DNA from: Candidatus Cloacimonadales bacterium
Lineage (GTDB): Bacteria; Cloacimonadota; Cloacimonadia; Cloacimonadales; JAIOQZ01
NCBI GenBank assembly: GCA_963665815.1
Contig: OY762463.1
Span: forward strand, 1,952,001 to 2,016,000
Length of the DNA stretch: 64,000 nt
Reading direction: 5' to 3'
A model generated the notes under the pieces. It saw only the letters and a list, made by a program, of their open reading frames with translations, searched no databases and was not told the origin of the DNA. Below, in pieces: positions 42,288 to 53,192 of the stretch. Both the position numbers and the translations under genes were made by a program. The number at the start of each line of letters is the position of its first letter. The stretch's first letter is position 1.

Positions 42288-43325
42288 ATGAAAAAAATTA
42301 TTTTATTAATTTCTCTTATCTGCCTTACTGCATTGCTGGCTGCATACAATGAAACAGAAGGAAATGATACTCAAGGGGAAGCTAATGTAATCCCTACAGG
42401 TTCAAATATCGTAACAATATATGGAGAAACATCTTCAGCAGATACCGACTGGTTCCAGTTCTCTGCAATTGGTCAAGATCACTTTGAAGTAAATTTGGCT
42501 TCTAATACTAATCTGGTTATACAGTTCAGAAATCAATCCAACGGTGCTGAATTAACAATGTTCATAGGTGAAACTACCGGGCAATTTGACATTACAGAAC
42601 CGTCAGGACTCGTTAACTGGACAATAGAAATTTTTGCATTAACTGGAACAGAAGCATATGAATTAACTCTTACTAATGCTGATAACAATACTCTTCCGGT
42701 AACCCTGAGTTCCTTCAATGCAGCAAATACAACAGAAGGCACAGTAGAACTGAAATGGACTGTTCAATCTGAGACAGAAATGCTTGGCTATAACCTGCTC
42801 AGAAATGCAACAGATAATGAAGAAACCGCTATAGGCATTAACGGTACTCCAATCCCTGCTCTTAATACTTCATTCGAACATTCATATTCATTTGAAGATA
42901 TTGACGTTGAAGTTAATACTACATATTATTACTGGATTGAAAGTATTGAAATCGACAACAATGTAACATATCACGGACCTGTTCAGATTACTGTAAAACC
43001 GGAAGATGAAGAACAGGATGCAGAACTGATCAAATACACTAAAATCACAAAGAACTATCCAAATCCATTCAATCCACAAACAAAAATCAGCTATGATCTA
43101 AGTGGATATACTGACACTGAAGTCCCTGTATCTCTTATAGTATATAACATAAGAGGACAGAAAGTGAAAACCCTGATTGATGGCTACCAGACACCTGGTA
43201 AAGGAAAATCCATTGACTGGTTTGGAAAAGATGATAATGGCAATGACTGTTCAAGCGGAGTATATTTCTATGTACTCAAAACTAATGATACAGTCAAAAC
43301 CTCAAAAATGACATTATTGAAATAA
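42288..43325 (+). CDS. Secreted protein with a PPC-like N-terminal domain and FlgD-Ig/T9SS-type CTD (paralog 1)
   Basis: GGAGG RBS then ATG 42288; signal peptide; E.EGN....A..I and DTDWF pattern; LPVTLSSF; NYPNPFNP...SSGVYFY...KMTLLK. Confidence 0.85.
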   Translation: MKKIILLISLICLTALLAAYNETEGNDTQGEANVIPTGSNIVTIYGETSSADTDWFQFSAIGQDHFEVNLASNTNLVIQFRNQSNGAELTMFIGETTGQFDITEPSGLVNWTIEIFALTGTEAYELTLTNADNNTLPVTLSSFNAANTTEGTVELKWTVQSETEMLGYNLLRNATDNEETAIGINGTPIPALNTSFEHSYSFEDIDVEVNTTYYYWIESIEIDNNVTYHGPVQITVKPEDEEQDAELIKYTKITKNYPNPFNPQTKISYDLSGYTDTEVPVSLIVYNIRGQKVKTLIDGYQTPGKGKSIDWFGKDDNGNDCSSGVYFYVLKTNDTVKTSKMTLLK

Positions 43326-43674
43326 TCAACTTTATTTCCACACTTTCACAGCCGGCATATGTCGGCTGTTTTTTTTGTACCCCAAAAAAATTTCTGTAAA
43401 AAAGACACCGCAAAATACAAGCAATGTCAATTGACAATCCGACCACTGCAAATTGAACTTATTACAAATTCTTAATCAAGAATCTGCTATATACTATTTA
43501 ACTTTATTTCATTTTAATCTGCTCATTCTAATTATGCATCTTTCTGTATTTACATATTTTGACATGGTTATTTAAATAATTTACACCTATACTTTTTCTG
43601 AATTATTTGTCTTGACGCTCCTTGAACCAATGAGTATATTTTCGTTGTGTGGAAATATATTTTGGAGGTAAGAA

Positions 43675-44712
43675 ATGAAAAAGTTATTTTTCATTGTATT
43701 TATTATCTGTTTCACCGTAGCCATTACTGCATACGATGAAACTGAAGGAAACAACACAAAAGTTGAAGCTGATGTAATTCCTGTTGGTTCACCGGTTGTT
43801 ATTGTAAACGGGACAGCAGAATCAGGAACAAGTGACTGGTTTGTTTTCCAACTTTACGGACAGGATAATTTAGAAGCCAGCTTAGCTAATCCTGGTATTG
43901 AAGTTGTTTTCTATGATGAAAACGACACCATGATGGATGTTATTAACACGGTAGATAATCATGGAGGATTTCAGGCATCCGAACTCGACACAGGCACCAT
44001 GTACAATTATTACATGGAAGTAAGAAACGGTACCGGACAAGCATATACAATTACTTTAGACAATCTCGACAACAATACTCTCCCTGTTACTCTCAGCTCC
44101 TTCAATGCAGCTAATACTGTAGAAGGTACTGTAGAACTGAAGTGGACTGTTCAGTCAGAAACAGAAATGCTTGGCTATAACCTGCTTAGAAACGCAACAG
44201 ACAATGAAGAAACCGCTATAGGCATTAATAGTACTCCAATCCCTGCTCTTAATACTTCATTCGAACATTCATATTCATTTGAAGATATTGACGTTGAAGT
44301 TAATACTACATATTATTACTGGATTGAAAGTATTGAAATCGACAACAATGTAACATATCACGGACCTGTTCAAATTACTGTAAAACCGGAAGATGAAGAA
44401 CAGGATGCAGAACTGATCAAATACACTAAAATCACAAAGAACTATCCAAATCCATTCAATCCACAAACAAAAATCAGCTATGATCTAAGTGGATATACTG
44501 ACACTGAAGTCCCTGTATCTCTTATAGTATATAACATAAGAGGACAGAAAGTGAAAACCCTGATTGATGGCTACCAGACACCTGGTAAAGGAAAATCCAT
44601 TGACTGGTTTGGAAAAGATGATAATGGCAATGACTGTTCAAGCGGAGTATATTTTTATGTACTCAAAACTAATGATACAGTCAAAACCTCAAAAATGACA
44701 CTATTGAAGTAA
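43675..44712 (+). CDS. Secreted protein with a PPC-like N-terminal domain and FlgD-Ig/T9SS-type CTD (paralog 2)
   Basis: Same architecture; C-terminal ~210 aa differ from paralog 1 at two residues. Confidence 0.85.
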   Translation: MKKLFFIVFIICFTVAITAYDETEGNNTKVEADVIPVGSPVVIVNGTAESGTSDWFVFQLYGQDNLEASLANPGIEVVFYDENDTMMDVINTVDNHGGFQASELDTGTMYNYYMEVRNGTGQAYTITLDNLDNNTLPVTLSSFNAANTVEGTVELKWTVQSETEMLGYNLLRNATDNEETAIGINSTPIPALNTSFEHSYSFEDIDVEVNTTYYYWIESIEIDNNVTYHGPVQITVKPEDEEQDAELIKYTKITKNYPNPFNPQTKISYDLSGYTDTEVPVSLIVYNIRGQKVKTLIDGYQTPGKGKSIDWFGKDDNGNDCSSGVYFYVLKTNDTVKTSKMTLLK

Positions 44713-44956
44713 CTTTGTATATTTCCACACTTTCACAGCCGGCATATGTCGGCTGTTTTATTGTTACATACAATTTTTCTTTTTTGTTGACTTCTAATCG
44801 CAGTATTTAACATTTATACTATTGAGAATTTTGTATAATTGAAGCAACCAGGAATTTTTCGACTTTATCCGAATCGATTCGAAAGTTCATAAGATTTTAA
44901 GTTAATATTAAAAAATTGTTTTCAGGCAAAGATCTCATAAATTCTGATCTGGAGAT

Positions 44957-45991
44957 TTGATGGATATTATATATTCTAATATATATGTTAATTTCATAAT
45001 TATTGCAGCTGCATTTTACATATTGTTTAAAGCAGCTGATTTATTTGTTGATGCTGCAATTGGCATTTCAAAGGAACTTCATATACCGAAATTCATTGTA
45101 GGAGTTATAATTGTGGGATTTGCTACAACAGCCCCGGAAATAACTGTATCAGTAATATCTGCAATGAAAGGCCAATCTGAGTTTGCTCTTGGCAATGCCT
45201 TGGGTTCTGTTATTGTTGATGATGGAGTAGCACTTGGACTTGCAGCAATTCTTGCCCCCGTTCCTATTGTAGTACACAGAATGACAATGTTTAAAATGGG
45301 ATCATTTCTGCTCGCATCACTGGGCTTAAGCTATATTCTGGCAGCTAACGGAATTATTTCCAGATCTGAAGGAGCAATTCTCGTCGTCATGCTTTTTTCA
45401 TACTGGGGGAAAGTCGTATGGACAGAAGCAAAAAACTGTAGAGAGAGAAATAAACAGGCTTGTGAGGTTGATCAGAATACAGAAAAGGGTGATGTAAAAT
45501 CTCATCTTGTTAAATTTCTGATAGGTTTAAGTGGAGTAATCATTGCCAGTCATTTTATTGTTGGTGCTGCCGAGCAGATTGCATTGTTCTTCAGCGTTCC
45601 AAAAGTTATTATTGGATTAACGGTAATAGCAATCGGAACATCTCTCCCTGAAATCAGTACAGCAATTATTGCTGCACGTAAAGGTGAAGGCGAAATTGCT
45701 GTTGGTAACATTATTGGAGCTGACTTGCTGAATGTTTTATGGATAATAGGTGTATCATCACTTGTAAGACCAATAAATATTTCCCACGATAGAATTACAG
45801 TAAAACTATTTAAACTTGTTTTCGAGAACATTCCATCTGTGCACTTTTCATTCATCTGGTCTTCCATATTCTGTTTTCTTGCCGTACTTTTTATAATTAC
45901 AAGACAGAAGCTGGTTCGCTGGGAAGGATACGTACTACTTGGACTATATGTTGTTTATTTTTATATGAATTTCTCTATGTTTACAGGATAG
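44957..45991 (+). CDS. Calcium/sodium antiporter (YrbG/CaCA family)
   Basis: Duplicated alpha repeats GFATTAPE...GNALGS and AIGTSLPE...GNIIGA. Confidence 0.9.
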   Translation: MMDIIYSNIYVNFIIIAAAFYILFKAADLFVDAAIGISKELHIPKFIVGVIIVGFATTAPEITVSVISAMKGQSEFALGNALGSVIVDDGVALGLAAILAPVPIVVHRMTMFKMGSFLLASLGLSYILAANGIISRSEGAILVVMLFSYWGKVVWTEAKNCRERNKQACEVDQNTEKGDVKSHLVKFLIGLSGVIIASHFIVGAAEQIALFFSVPKVIIGLTVIAIGTSLPEISTAIIAARKGEGEIAVGNIIGADLLNVLWIIGVSSLVRPINISHDRITVKLFKLVFENIPSVHFSFIWSSIFCFLAVLFIITRQKLVRWEGYVLLGLYVVYFYMNFSMFTG

Positions 45992-46005
45992 GCTGAACAA
46001 TCAAA

Positions 46006-47229
46006 ATGAATCTTACAGGTTTATATTTTTTAAAATCACTAAAAAGCACAGGACAGTTTTTCAAAGTTCAGAACTTTTACCCTTTGATAGGACTTATAAT
46101 CTCAACAGCTGTTCTGACAGTTGCATTCTCTGTTTTTGACGGATACGAAGATGCACTGAAAAAATCAATTCTTAATTCAAGTTCTCACGTATACATTTTT
46201 AAACAGGGACGAGAAGATCTCAGTAATGAAAACATTGTTGGTCTAAGGAATTACCTGAAAGGTAAAGAACAGATTGCCAGCCAATCCCCTATTGTTATTA
46301 CTCAGGGAATGCTGAGAAAAGACGGAAGAATTAACAGTGCTTCAGTGCACGGTATTCCTTACGGTTATCACTCTAAAAAAACACCCTTCAATAGCTTTGT
46401 TATAGAAGGAAAAGCAAGCATTGAAAACGAATACGAAGCAATAATCGGAAATAAACTTGCACAATTGCTTAATGCAAAAGTCGGTGATACCGTTACTCTG
46501 CTCAGTCCACTTAAACCCCGAATAACTCCGCTGGGAATTAAAACTCCATCTCAAAAACTAACAGTAACCGGTATTTATAAATCAGGCATGTATGAATATG
46601 ACAGTCATTATCTGTTTGTAAACCTTAAAACTGCCCAGAAATTTTCGACTGAATCAGATCAGATTACTATGATGGAAATTTTTCTAAAAGACAAGTATAT
46701 TGATGAGGCAGACATCTTATCTTCAGACTGGAATTATGATCTTGGACATGAATATCAGGTCTTATCATGGCAATTTTACAATAGTAATCTTTTTCAGTTG
46801 TTGAGCCTGGAAAAGAAAATTCTTTTCATAGTCCTCAGTTTTCTGATCCTGATAGCATCCTTCCAGCTTATATCGGCTACTTCAACAATTATTCTGGAAA
46901 AACAGCATGATATAGGTATAATGAAGGCTTATGGTGTAAAAGATATCGAAATACAGAAAATGTTTTTGTTAAGGCAGGTATCTTCATCTGTGATAGGCAT
47001 AATTATAGGAATTCTGACCGGTTACGGAATAGGCTGGTTACTGATTGTACAGGATATTTACCACCTCAAGGGTGACGTTTATCAGATTGAGGATATCAGT
47101 TTCAGTTTTTCATTGCTTAATGCAGCACTGATCTTTTCATCCGCTTTATTTATAATCATCTTTTCCATAGTACTTCCACTAAGAAGAATATCGAGAATGA
47201 ACATAACTAATTTGCTCAGGAGGAATTAA
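46006..47229 (+). CDS. LolC/E-family ABC transporter permease
   Basis: MacB/FtsX layout, VTGIYKSGMYEYD, EKQHDIGIMKAYG; precedes the LolD-like ATPase. Confidence 0.85.
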   Translation: MNLTGLYFLKSLKSTGQFFKVQNFYPLIGLIISTAVLTVAFSVFDGYEDALKKSILNSSSHVYIFKQGREDLSNENIVGLRNYLKGKEQIASQSPIVITQGMLRKDGRINSASVHGIPYGYHSKKTPFNSFVIEGKASIENEYEAIIGNKLAQLLNAKVGDTVTLLSPLKPRITPLGIKTPSQKLTVTGIYKSGMYEYDSHYLFVNLKTAQKFSTESDQITMMEIFLKDKYIDEADILSSDWNYDLGHEYQVLSWQFYNSNLFQLLSLEKKILFIVLSFLILIASFQLISATSTIILEKQHDIGIMKAYGVKDIEIQKMFLLRQVSSSVIGIIIGILTGYGIGWLLIVQDIYHLKGDVYQIEDISFSFSLLNAALIFSSALFIIIFSIVLPLRRISRMNITNLLRRN

Positions 47230-47898
47230 TTGGAAATTCTTAGAGCTGAAAATATACATAAAAAATTTATTGACTGTAACACAACACTGCACATCCTGAA
47301 AGGAACTGATTTCATAGTTTCAACCGGTGATCTTGTAAGTATTCAGGGACAATCGGGATCAGGGAAAAGCACACTGCTGCATATACTGGGTCTTCTCGAC
47401 ACACCCAACGAAGGTGAAGTTTTCTATAATGGTAAGCCTATAGTATATAATAAGAATCTGGCTGAACTCCGGAACAGGAAAATTGGTTTCATCTTTCAGT
47501 TTCATTATCTTCTTGAGGATTTTGATGCAACGGATAATATTGCTATGCCTATGTTCGTCTTAACCGGAGATCTTAAAAAAAGCAGAACAAAAGCAAATGA
47601 GCTTCTGAAAAAGCTGGACATCTATGATCGACGTAATCATTATCCAAATCAATTGAGCGGTGGCGAGCAGCAGAGAGTAGCCATTGCCAGAGCAATGATT
47701 AACAGTCCGGAGATAATTTTTGCCGATGAACCAACCGGCAACCTTGACCCTGATCATAAAAACGAAATAATGGACATTGTGTTGAGCATGAACAGAGAAT
47801 ATAATCAGACATTTGTTATTGTTACTCATGATGATATTATTGCTGACAAAATGAAAACTAATTATATCCTGAAAGACGGAATAATAAAAAATAAATAA
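47230..47898 (+). CDS. lolD: LolD-family ABC ATPase
   Basis: [48 protein letters not shown]. Confidence 0.85.
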   Translation: MEILRAENIHKKFIDCNTTLHILKGTDFIVSTGDLVSIQGQSGSGKSTLLHILGLLDTPNEGEVFYNGKPIVYNKNLAELRNRKIGFIFQFHYLLEDFDATDNIAMPMFVLTGDLKKSRTKANELLKKLDIYDRRNHYPNQLSGGEQQRVAIARAMINSPEIIFADEPTGNLDPDHKNEIMDIVLSMNREYNQTFVIVTHDDIIADKMKTNYILKDGIIKNK

Positions 47899-47915
47899 CA
47901 GAAACAGGAAGATAT

Positions 47916-50900
47916 TTGAAAAAACACAAGTGGTTATTCATAATAGTTTCATTACTTATTCTGGTAAACCTGCTTTTTCTCATTTTCGTGAAATCAGGAT
48001 ACCTTTCAAATTATATTGAAAACCGTTTTATATCTATACTGGAAGATAATCTTGATGCAGATGTATCATACGGTGTATTCAACTTCAACGAACGGCAGCT
48101 GAGTATTCACGATCTATCAATGTATTCTGCCGACAGCAGTTTTTCTGCTGAGATTTCCAGTATCAGAGCAGATTACAGTATATGGGATATAATACTGCAT
48201 GGTGTTTCCAGAAATGGTATCATTGAGAAAATTGAAATCAACAAACCAGTAATCTCTCTTTCTGTTAAGCCATCTACAAAAACACAAAAAAACAGTAAAA
48301 ATAAATCGGATACGGTATTTGATCCTGATAATATAGAGTTAAAACCACTATTTATGGTTAACACTGCTAAAATTGTTAATGGTTCTTTTGATGTAGAATA
48401 TATCAGTAAAGAAGTCAGCCTTAAGCAGAAACTGACAAACATTAACATGAATATGAACGGTGATAAATTTAAAACTGTTGAACTCACTGCAATGACGTCA
48501 AAGGGTAACATTGCCGTTGCAACCGAATTAAGTACAAAATCCATAAGCTATGCTGATCTTATAATCAAGAATTTTACCATAGACAGCCTTAATGTAAATA
48601 AAATCGATTACCTGAAACTCGGAGTTTCGACAAACGTACATTACGAAGATAAAGAGATTACTTATTCAGGTGCACTGGAAAATATCATCGCAGAAGTAAT
48701 GGACTACAAAGTCAAAACTGACAAAATAGTATTTGCAGGATTGAATGATTCAATCAGAATATTATCTCCACATATTGCTGTGAATGACGATATGCTCAAG
48801 TTTGATGCAGTTATCACAAATTTGCTTTATGATGATAGAATTGTTGATGCTGACGTAAATTGCCGGGTTACTTTAGATCCTTTCCTGGAGGATCTAAGCG
48901 GGAATGTAGAAGCTCAATTTAAAGTTAACGGAAAAATTCTGAATCCTACTGCAGAATTCAATGTATATCTTCCTGAAACAAAGTACCAGACTCATGTTGT
49001 CAAAGCTTGCAGCCTTTCCGGTACTTACGCAGATAATGTTGTGGACTTCAATCTGAACAATATTGAATATATGGGAAACACTCTAAAAGGTAAAGGGTCA
49101 GCCAATACTAACGGAGACTTCACTATTGACATATCAGGTAAATCCCTTGCTTATTCTCAGGAAGGTACCGATTTAAAATCGAATATTAAAGCCTCGTTTG
49201 CTTTTATAGACAAGAAAATGGAAGGTTATGCAAAACTGACCAATCTAACAATAAAAAACAAAACACTGGATGTTAAAAACCTTACCGGTACAGCTGAGAT
49301 AAAAAATGATATAGCCAAAGTCAATCTTATAACACGAACACGCCGAACAGGTGAAAAGTTTGAGTGCACAGCTGAATACAACATTAAAGATCAGTCTTAC
49401 AAAGGAAATATAAACCTGAAGAGATTTGGGCTTAATGATATTCTGACAAAAAAGATATCTCAACTCAATCCATCTTTCAACGGAAAACTGGAATTCAACG
49501 GCAGCAAAAAGAACATAAATATTGAATCGAGTATTAGGTTTTACGATAAAAGTTTCGGGAAACTTGATGGTTATCTGGATTCAAGAATCGCACTTGATTT
49601 TGTGAGAAAAAGCAGTCTCATTACTTTGCGAACTAATAACGCAAAATATAATTACGAAAGTTTCAGTCTAAACCTTATGGCAAGAGGAAATCTGGACAGT
49701 CTGCGTTCAGTAAGATGTAAAATTAACAGAGATATTTCCATAGACTTCAAGGTAGTTCTTACTGAAGCAAAAAGGCTTGCATTTAAGATTAAGGCAAAAA
49801 GGCTTCCACTGAACAGATATCTTCGTTATATGGATGCAAGTTCATCATCAAGAAATACATTTGGAATTGTTAGCACGGAACTAACATTTGACTCGGCAAA
49901 AAGAAATGCCGTAAATGGAAAAATCACAATTGAAAACCTGAATTTTGACGGTGAAAAGTATGGTAGTTTCGGATTTAAGATATCCGGACGTCAGGACTCT
50001 TTAAGAATACACAATATCTCTCTGAAAGGTGTTGGGAGTACAACTTTTACTGGCGATGTCACACTTGATGCAACAAAAGGTAAACTTAAATCCGCTCAGC
50101 TTCTGATGAACAAACTTGATCTCAGTTATATTCTCCTGAATAATGAGGATTTCAAGGGCACATTAACAGGAAAGCTGAATTTCTCGGAAAGCAATAACAC
50201 GTTCTCCCTGAGAATGAATGCTGAAGACCTGAATCTGATGTCTTATCCAATTGACGATGTAAACATTGATATTCAGCAGAGAACAAGAAAGCTCATAATA
50301 AAAGACTTTTTTGTAAAAAACTCGTATAATAACCTGAGAATTACAGGATCCCTTGATCATAACTTTATTGACAACACAACCTGGGGCAGCAGAGAAAAAT
50401 TGATTGTAGCCTATAATGGTGACCTTATGCGAACAATGTCGGATAACATTCCCCCACTGCACCATGGCCGTTCCAAGAGTTCCGCTGTAATTGAAGTTGG
50501 TGTGAAAGATGAAAATATATCTCTTCTTCGTGGTGAAATAAAAATTGAAGATGGTCTAATTGAAATTGATGATCAGCCAACAAATATTACTGAACTTTTC
50601 AGTAACATCATTATTGTTAATGACACTCTTAAAATAAACAGATTTGATTTCCTTATGGGCTCAGGAAGAGTTCATATATTCAACACTGACTGGGGCAGCG
50701 AAAATCAACTAGCACTTAATAACCTGCAGCTTGGAAACGTCAGAATGAATACTGATCCGGAAGGTATTCTGGTTCATATTCCTGATTTTATGCCTAATAA
50801 GAGAATTGTAAATGTTGTTGTTAAAGGCAAGAAAAGCGATTATTTTGAGATCAACGGACCATTTGATGACATGAAAATCACCGGAGATGTGATCGTCTCA

Positions 50901-51923
50901 AATGGTGACTTCATTTTCCCGGCAGGAGTTAAGAGTCTGGTTAATCTGATTAATCAGAAAAACACTATGAATCCTGCCCAGACCAGCAAAGAAATGGCTA
51001 ATCTGCCGTTCAAGCTTGATCTGACAGCGAGAATAGGTAAACAGATACGTTATGTAACTCATCCTGCCAATGTAACAATGGATCAGGGAGGTTATCTCAA
51101 TGTTGTTTACGATGACAGTGAATTCATTGTTAAGGAAGCTCATTTCAGCTCTGAAAAAGGTACCCTTGATATGTTCGGAACTACTTTCAAAGCCAGCACT
51201 ATCAATGTTAACCTGAATCAGTTCAATCCTGAACCGGACCTGGAGATTGTCTTCGAGAAAAAAATCTCTGACGGAACTACAATCAGTCTCGCTATTCAGC
51301 CTGACGACAATAACTCTTTGCAGTTCAAGCTGGAAAGTGATAACTCCGATGATAACACTATTTCTGATATTCTGGCTAAATTACGTTATGATAGTGGCTA
51401 TGACCAGTTATCCAGCAAACAGAAACAATCCCTCATGCAGGATGATGCCATAGAAATTGCCGGATATAGTATTGAGAATGTCCTGATTTCACCTGTACTG
51501 TCCCCTATTGAAACAAGATTCAGAAAGTGGTTCAAACTTGATTATATTTATATTCAGCCCGGTTTCATTCAAAATCTGTTCCATATGTATTACAATAATG
51601 ATACAGCAGAAGAAGAAATCAATCAGCAGTCCGGCGTCAGTACGGGAGTACTTCTCAGTAATCTTTCTTTAAGCTTTGGTAAAAACATATATGATAACAC
51701 ATTCGTTCACTATAAAGGTATTATTCAGGAAATAACTGACTTGAGATCTGAAAGACTTAAACTATCCCACACCTTGAGACTGACATTCGATCTACCCGGA
51801 AAATACCAATTCTCTTATTCATATATTATAGATGAAGAAGATGAATTGAAATCACACGAAGTCAAGCTGGAGAAATCCTTTAAGTTCTCTTTTAACGGAG
51901 TGAATACAATATTTGATAAATAA
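47916..51923 (+). CDS. Large AsmA/TamB-like envelope protein
   Basis: N-terminal TM anchor, 1335 aa of beta-rich repeats, C-terminal beta-strands. Confidence 0.6.
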   Translation: MKKHKWLFIIVSLLILVNLLFLIFVKSGYLSNYIENRFISILEDNLDADVSYGVFNFNERQLSIHDLSMYSADSSFSAEISSIRADYSIWDIILHGVSRNGIIEKIEINKPVISLSVKPSTKTQKNSKNKSDTVFDPDNIELKPLFMVNTAKIVNGSFDVEYISKEVSLKQKLTNINMNMNGDKFKTVELTAMTSKGNIAVATELSTKSISYADLIIKNFTIDSLNVNKIDYLKLGVSTNVHYEDKEITYSGALENIIAEVMDYKVKTDKIVFAGLNDSIRILSPHIAVNDDMLKFDAVITNLLYDDRIVDADVNCRVTLDPFLEDLSGNVEAQFKVNGKILNPTAEFNVYLPETKYQTHVVKACSLSGTYADNVVDFNLNNIEYMGNTLKGKGSANTNGDFTIDISGKSLAYSQEGTDLKSNIKASFAFIDKKMEGYAKLTNLTIKNKTLDVKNLTGTAEIKNDIAKVNLITRTRRTGEKFECTAEYNIKDQSYKGNINLKRFGLNDILTKKISQLNPSFNGKLEFNGSKKNINIESSIRFYDKSFGKLDGYLDSRIALDFVRKSSLITLRTNNAKYNYESFSLNLMARGNLDSLRSVRCKINRDISIDFKVVLTEAKRLAFKIKAKRLPLNRYLRYMDASSSSRNTFGIVSTELTFDSAKRNAVNGKITIENLNFDGEKYGSFGFKISGRQDSLRIHNISLKGVGSTTFTGDVTLDATKGKLKSAQLLMNKLDLSYILLNNEDFKGTLTGKLNFSESNNTFSLRMNAEDLNLMSYPIDDVNIDIQQRTRKLIIKDFFVKNSYNNLRITGSLDHNFIDNTTWGSREKLIVAYNGDLMRTMSDNIPPLHHGRSKSSAVIEVGVKDENISLLRGEIKIEDGLIEIDDQPTNITELFSNIIIVNDTLKINRFDFLMGSGRVHIFNTDWGSENQLALNNLQLGNVRMNTDPEGILVHIPDFMPNKRIVNVVVKGKKSDYFEINGPFDDMKITGDVIVSNGDFIFPAGVKSLVNLINQKNTMNPAQTSKEMANLPFKLDLTARIGKQIRYVTHPANVTMDQGGYLNVVYDDSEFIVKEAHFSSEKGTLDMFGTTFKASTINVNLNQFNPEPDLEIVFEKKISDGTTISLAIQPDDNNSLQFKLESDNSDDNTISDILAKLRYDSGYDQLSSKQKQSLMQDDAIEIAGYSIENVLISPVLSPIETRFRKWFKLDYIYIQPGFIQNLFHMYYNNDTAEEEINQQSGVSTGVLLSNLSLSFGKNIYDNTFVHYKGIIQEITDLRSERLKLSHTLRLTFDLPGKYQFSYSYIIDEEDELKSHEVKLEKSFKFSFNGVNTIFDK

Positions 51924-51933
51924 TGGAGATATT

Positions 51934-53025
51934 ATGAGAAAACGGATCAGCGTAGAAAATTTATACAGATTTATGCAGGATGTTTTTGTTGGTCTCGGCG
52001 TACCAGCCGATGAAGCAAAAACCTGTGCAGATGTACTCATTCAGTCAGATCTTCATGGCATAGAGTCACATGGAGTAGGTCGTCTGAAAATGTACTATGA
52101 TAGAATCAAAGCAGGAATCCAGTTCGCGGAAACAAAAATTGATGTAATCAATGACAGAAAAGCTGTTGCAGTCTGGGATGGTAATCATGGCATGGGACAT
52201 GTTATTGCAACAAGAGCTATGCAGGAAGCAATCGATAAAGCTAAAAACTATGGTGTTGGATCTGTAGTTGTCAGAAATTCTACACACTATGGAATTGCAG
52301 GATATTATGCAAAAATGGCAATAGATCAGGATATGATAGGTATTACATTTACCAATGCCCGACCTTCCATAGCACCAACATTCTCAACCTCCCCTATGCT
52401 GGGAACAAACCCGATCTGTTTTGGCTGCCCTTCCAATCTTGAATATCCTTTCCTTTATGACGCTGCTACATCAATCTCTCAAAGAGGTAAAATTGAAGTC
52501 TTTGACAGAGAGTTCAAGGATACTCCCTCAGGCTGGGCTATTGATAAAGAAGGAAATCCCTTTACCGATACTAAACAGCTTCTGAAAGACCTTGTAAGTA
52601 AAGACGCTGCCATGCTGCCGCTTGGTGGTCAGGGTGAACTTCTCGGTGGTCATAAAGGTTACGGTCTCTCTGTAATGGTTGAAATACTCTCAGCTGCTCT
52701 GCAGAATGGTTCTTATCTGCATGGACTCCATGGATGGGAGAAAGGAAAACGTGTTCCATACAGACTCGGTCATTTCTTCCTGGCACTTAATATCGATTTC
52801 TTCACAGATATTGAAGACTTCAAGAGAATTACCGGGGATATAATGACACAGCTCAAAAATGCTGATGTTGAACCGGGTAAAGAGAAAATCTACATTGCCG
52901 GGGAAAAAGAATACTATAACACAATCGATGTTAAAGAAAACGGAGTTCCGGTTAACGAAGAACTGGAAAAAAATATAAAAATAATGCAGGAAGAACTGCA
53001 GATTGAAGATTACCTCTTCAACTAA
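51934..53025 (+). CDS. Ldh_2 family (malate/L-lactate type 2) oxidoreductase
   Basis: SDLHGIESHG, RNSTHYG, GTNPI, GGHKGYGL; GGAG RBS before ATG 51934. Confidence 0.92.
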   Translation: MRKRISVENLYRFMQDVFVGLGVPADEAKTCADVLIQSDLHGIESHGVGRLKMYYDRIKAGIQFAETKIDVINDRKAVAVWDGNHGMGHVIATRAMQEAIDKAKNYGVGSVVVRNSTHYGIAGYYAKMAIDQDMIGITFTNARPSIAPTFSTSPMLGTNPICFGCPSNLEYPFLYDAATSISQRGKIEVFDREFKDTPSGWAIDKEGNPFTDTKQLLKDLVSKDAAMLPLGGQGELLGGHKGYGLSVMVEILSAALQNGSYLHGLHGWEKGKRVPYRLGHFFLALNIDFFTDIEDFKRITGDIMTQLKNADVEPGKEKIYIAGEKEYYNTIDVKENGVPVNEELEKNIKIMQEELQIEDYLFN

Positions 53026-53033
53026 TAAAGAAT

Positions 53034-53189
53034 GAGAGCTTTGCATAATAGTAAAATTAAACAGCTTCGATGGAAAATTTCGATGAGATTTTTGAATTCC
53101 TCAGAAAAGCTATTAAGCGAAACTCATTTTGAGTAAAAGTTTGATGAATTCTAAAATCGAGTCAACTGCACCATTTATGCAAAGGTCTC
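53034..53189. mobile_element. MITE copy 2 (156 bp) with IS5-family-like TIRs
   Basis: TIRs GAGAGCTTTGCATAA / TTATGCAAAGGTCTC (14/15 match); flanks AGAAT/TGAAT; non-coding. Confidence 0.75.
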
Positions 53190-53192
53190 TGA

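Larger units (their letters stand above)
41950..44759 (+). repeat. Tandem duplication of a roughly 1.39-kb unit (terminator, ~330-bp leader, gene) with three terminator copies
   Basis: 41950-42290 closely matches 43335-43677; terminators at 41962-41990, 43348-43376 and 44735-44759; 3' halves of the genes nearly identical. Confidence 0.9.
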
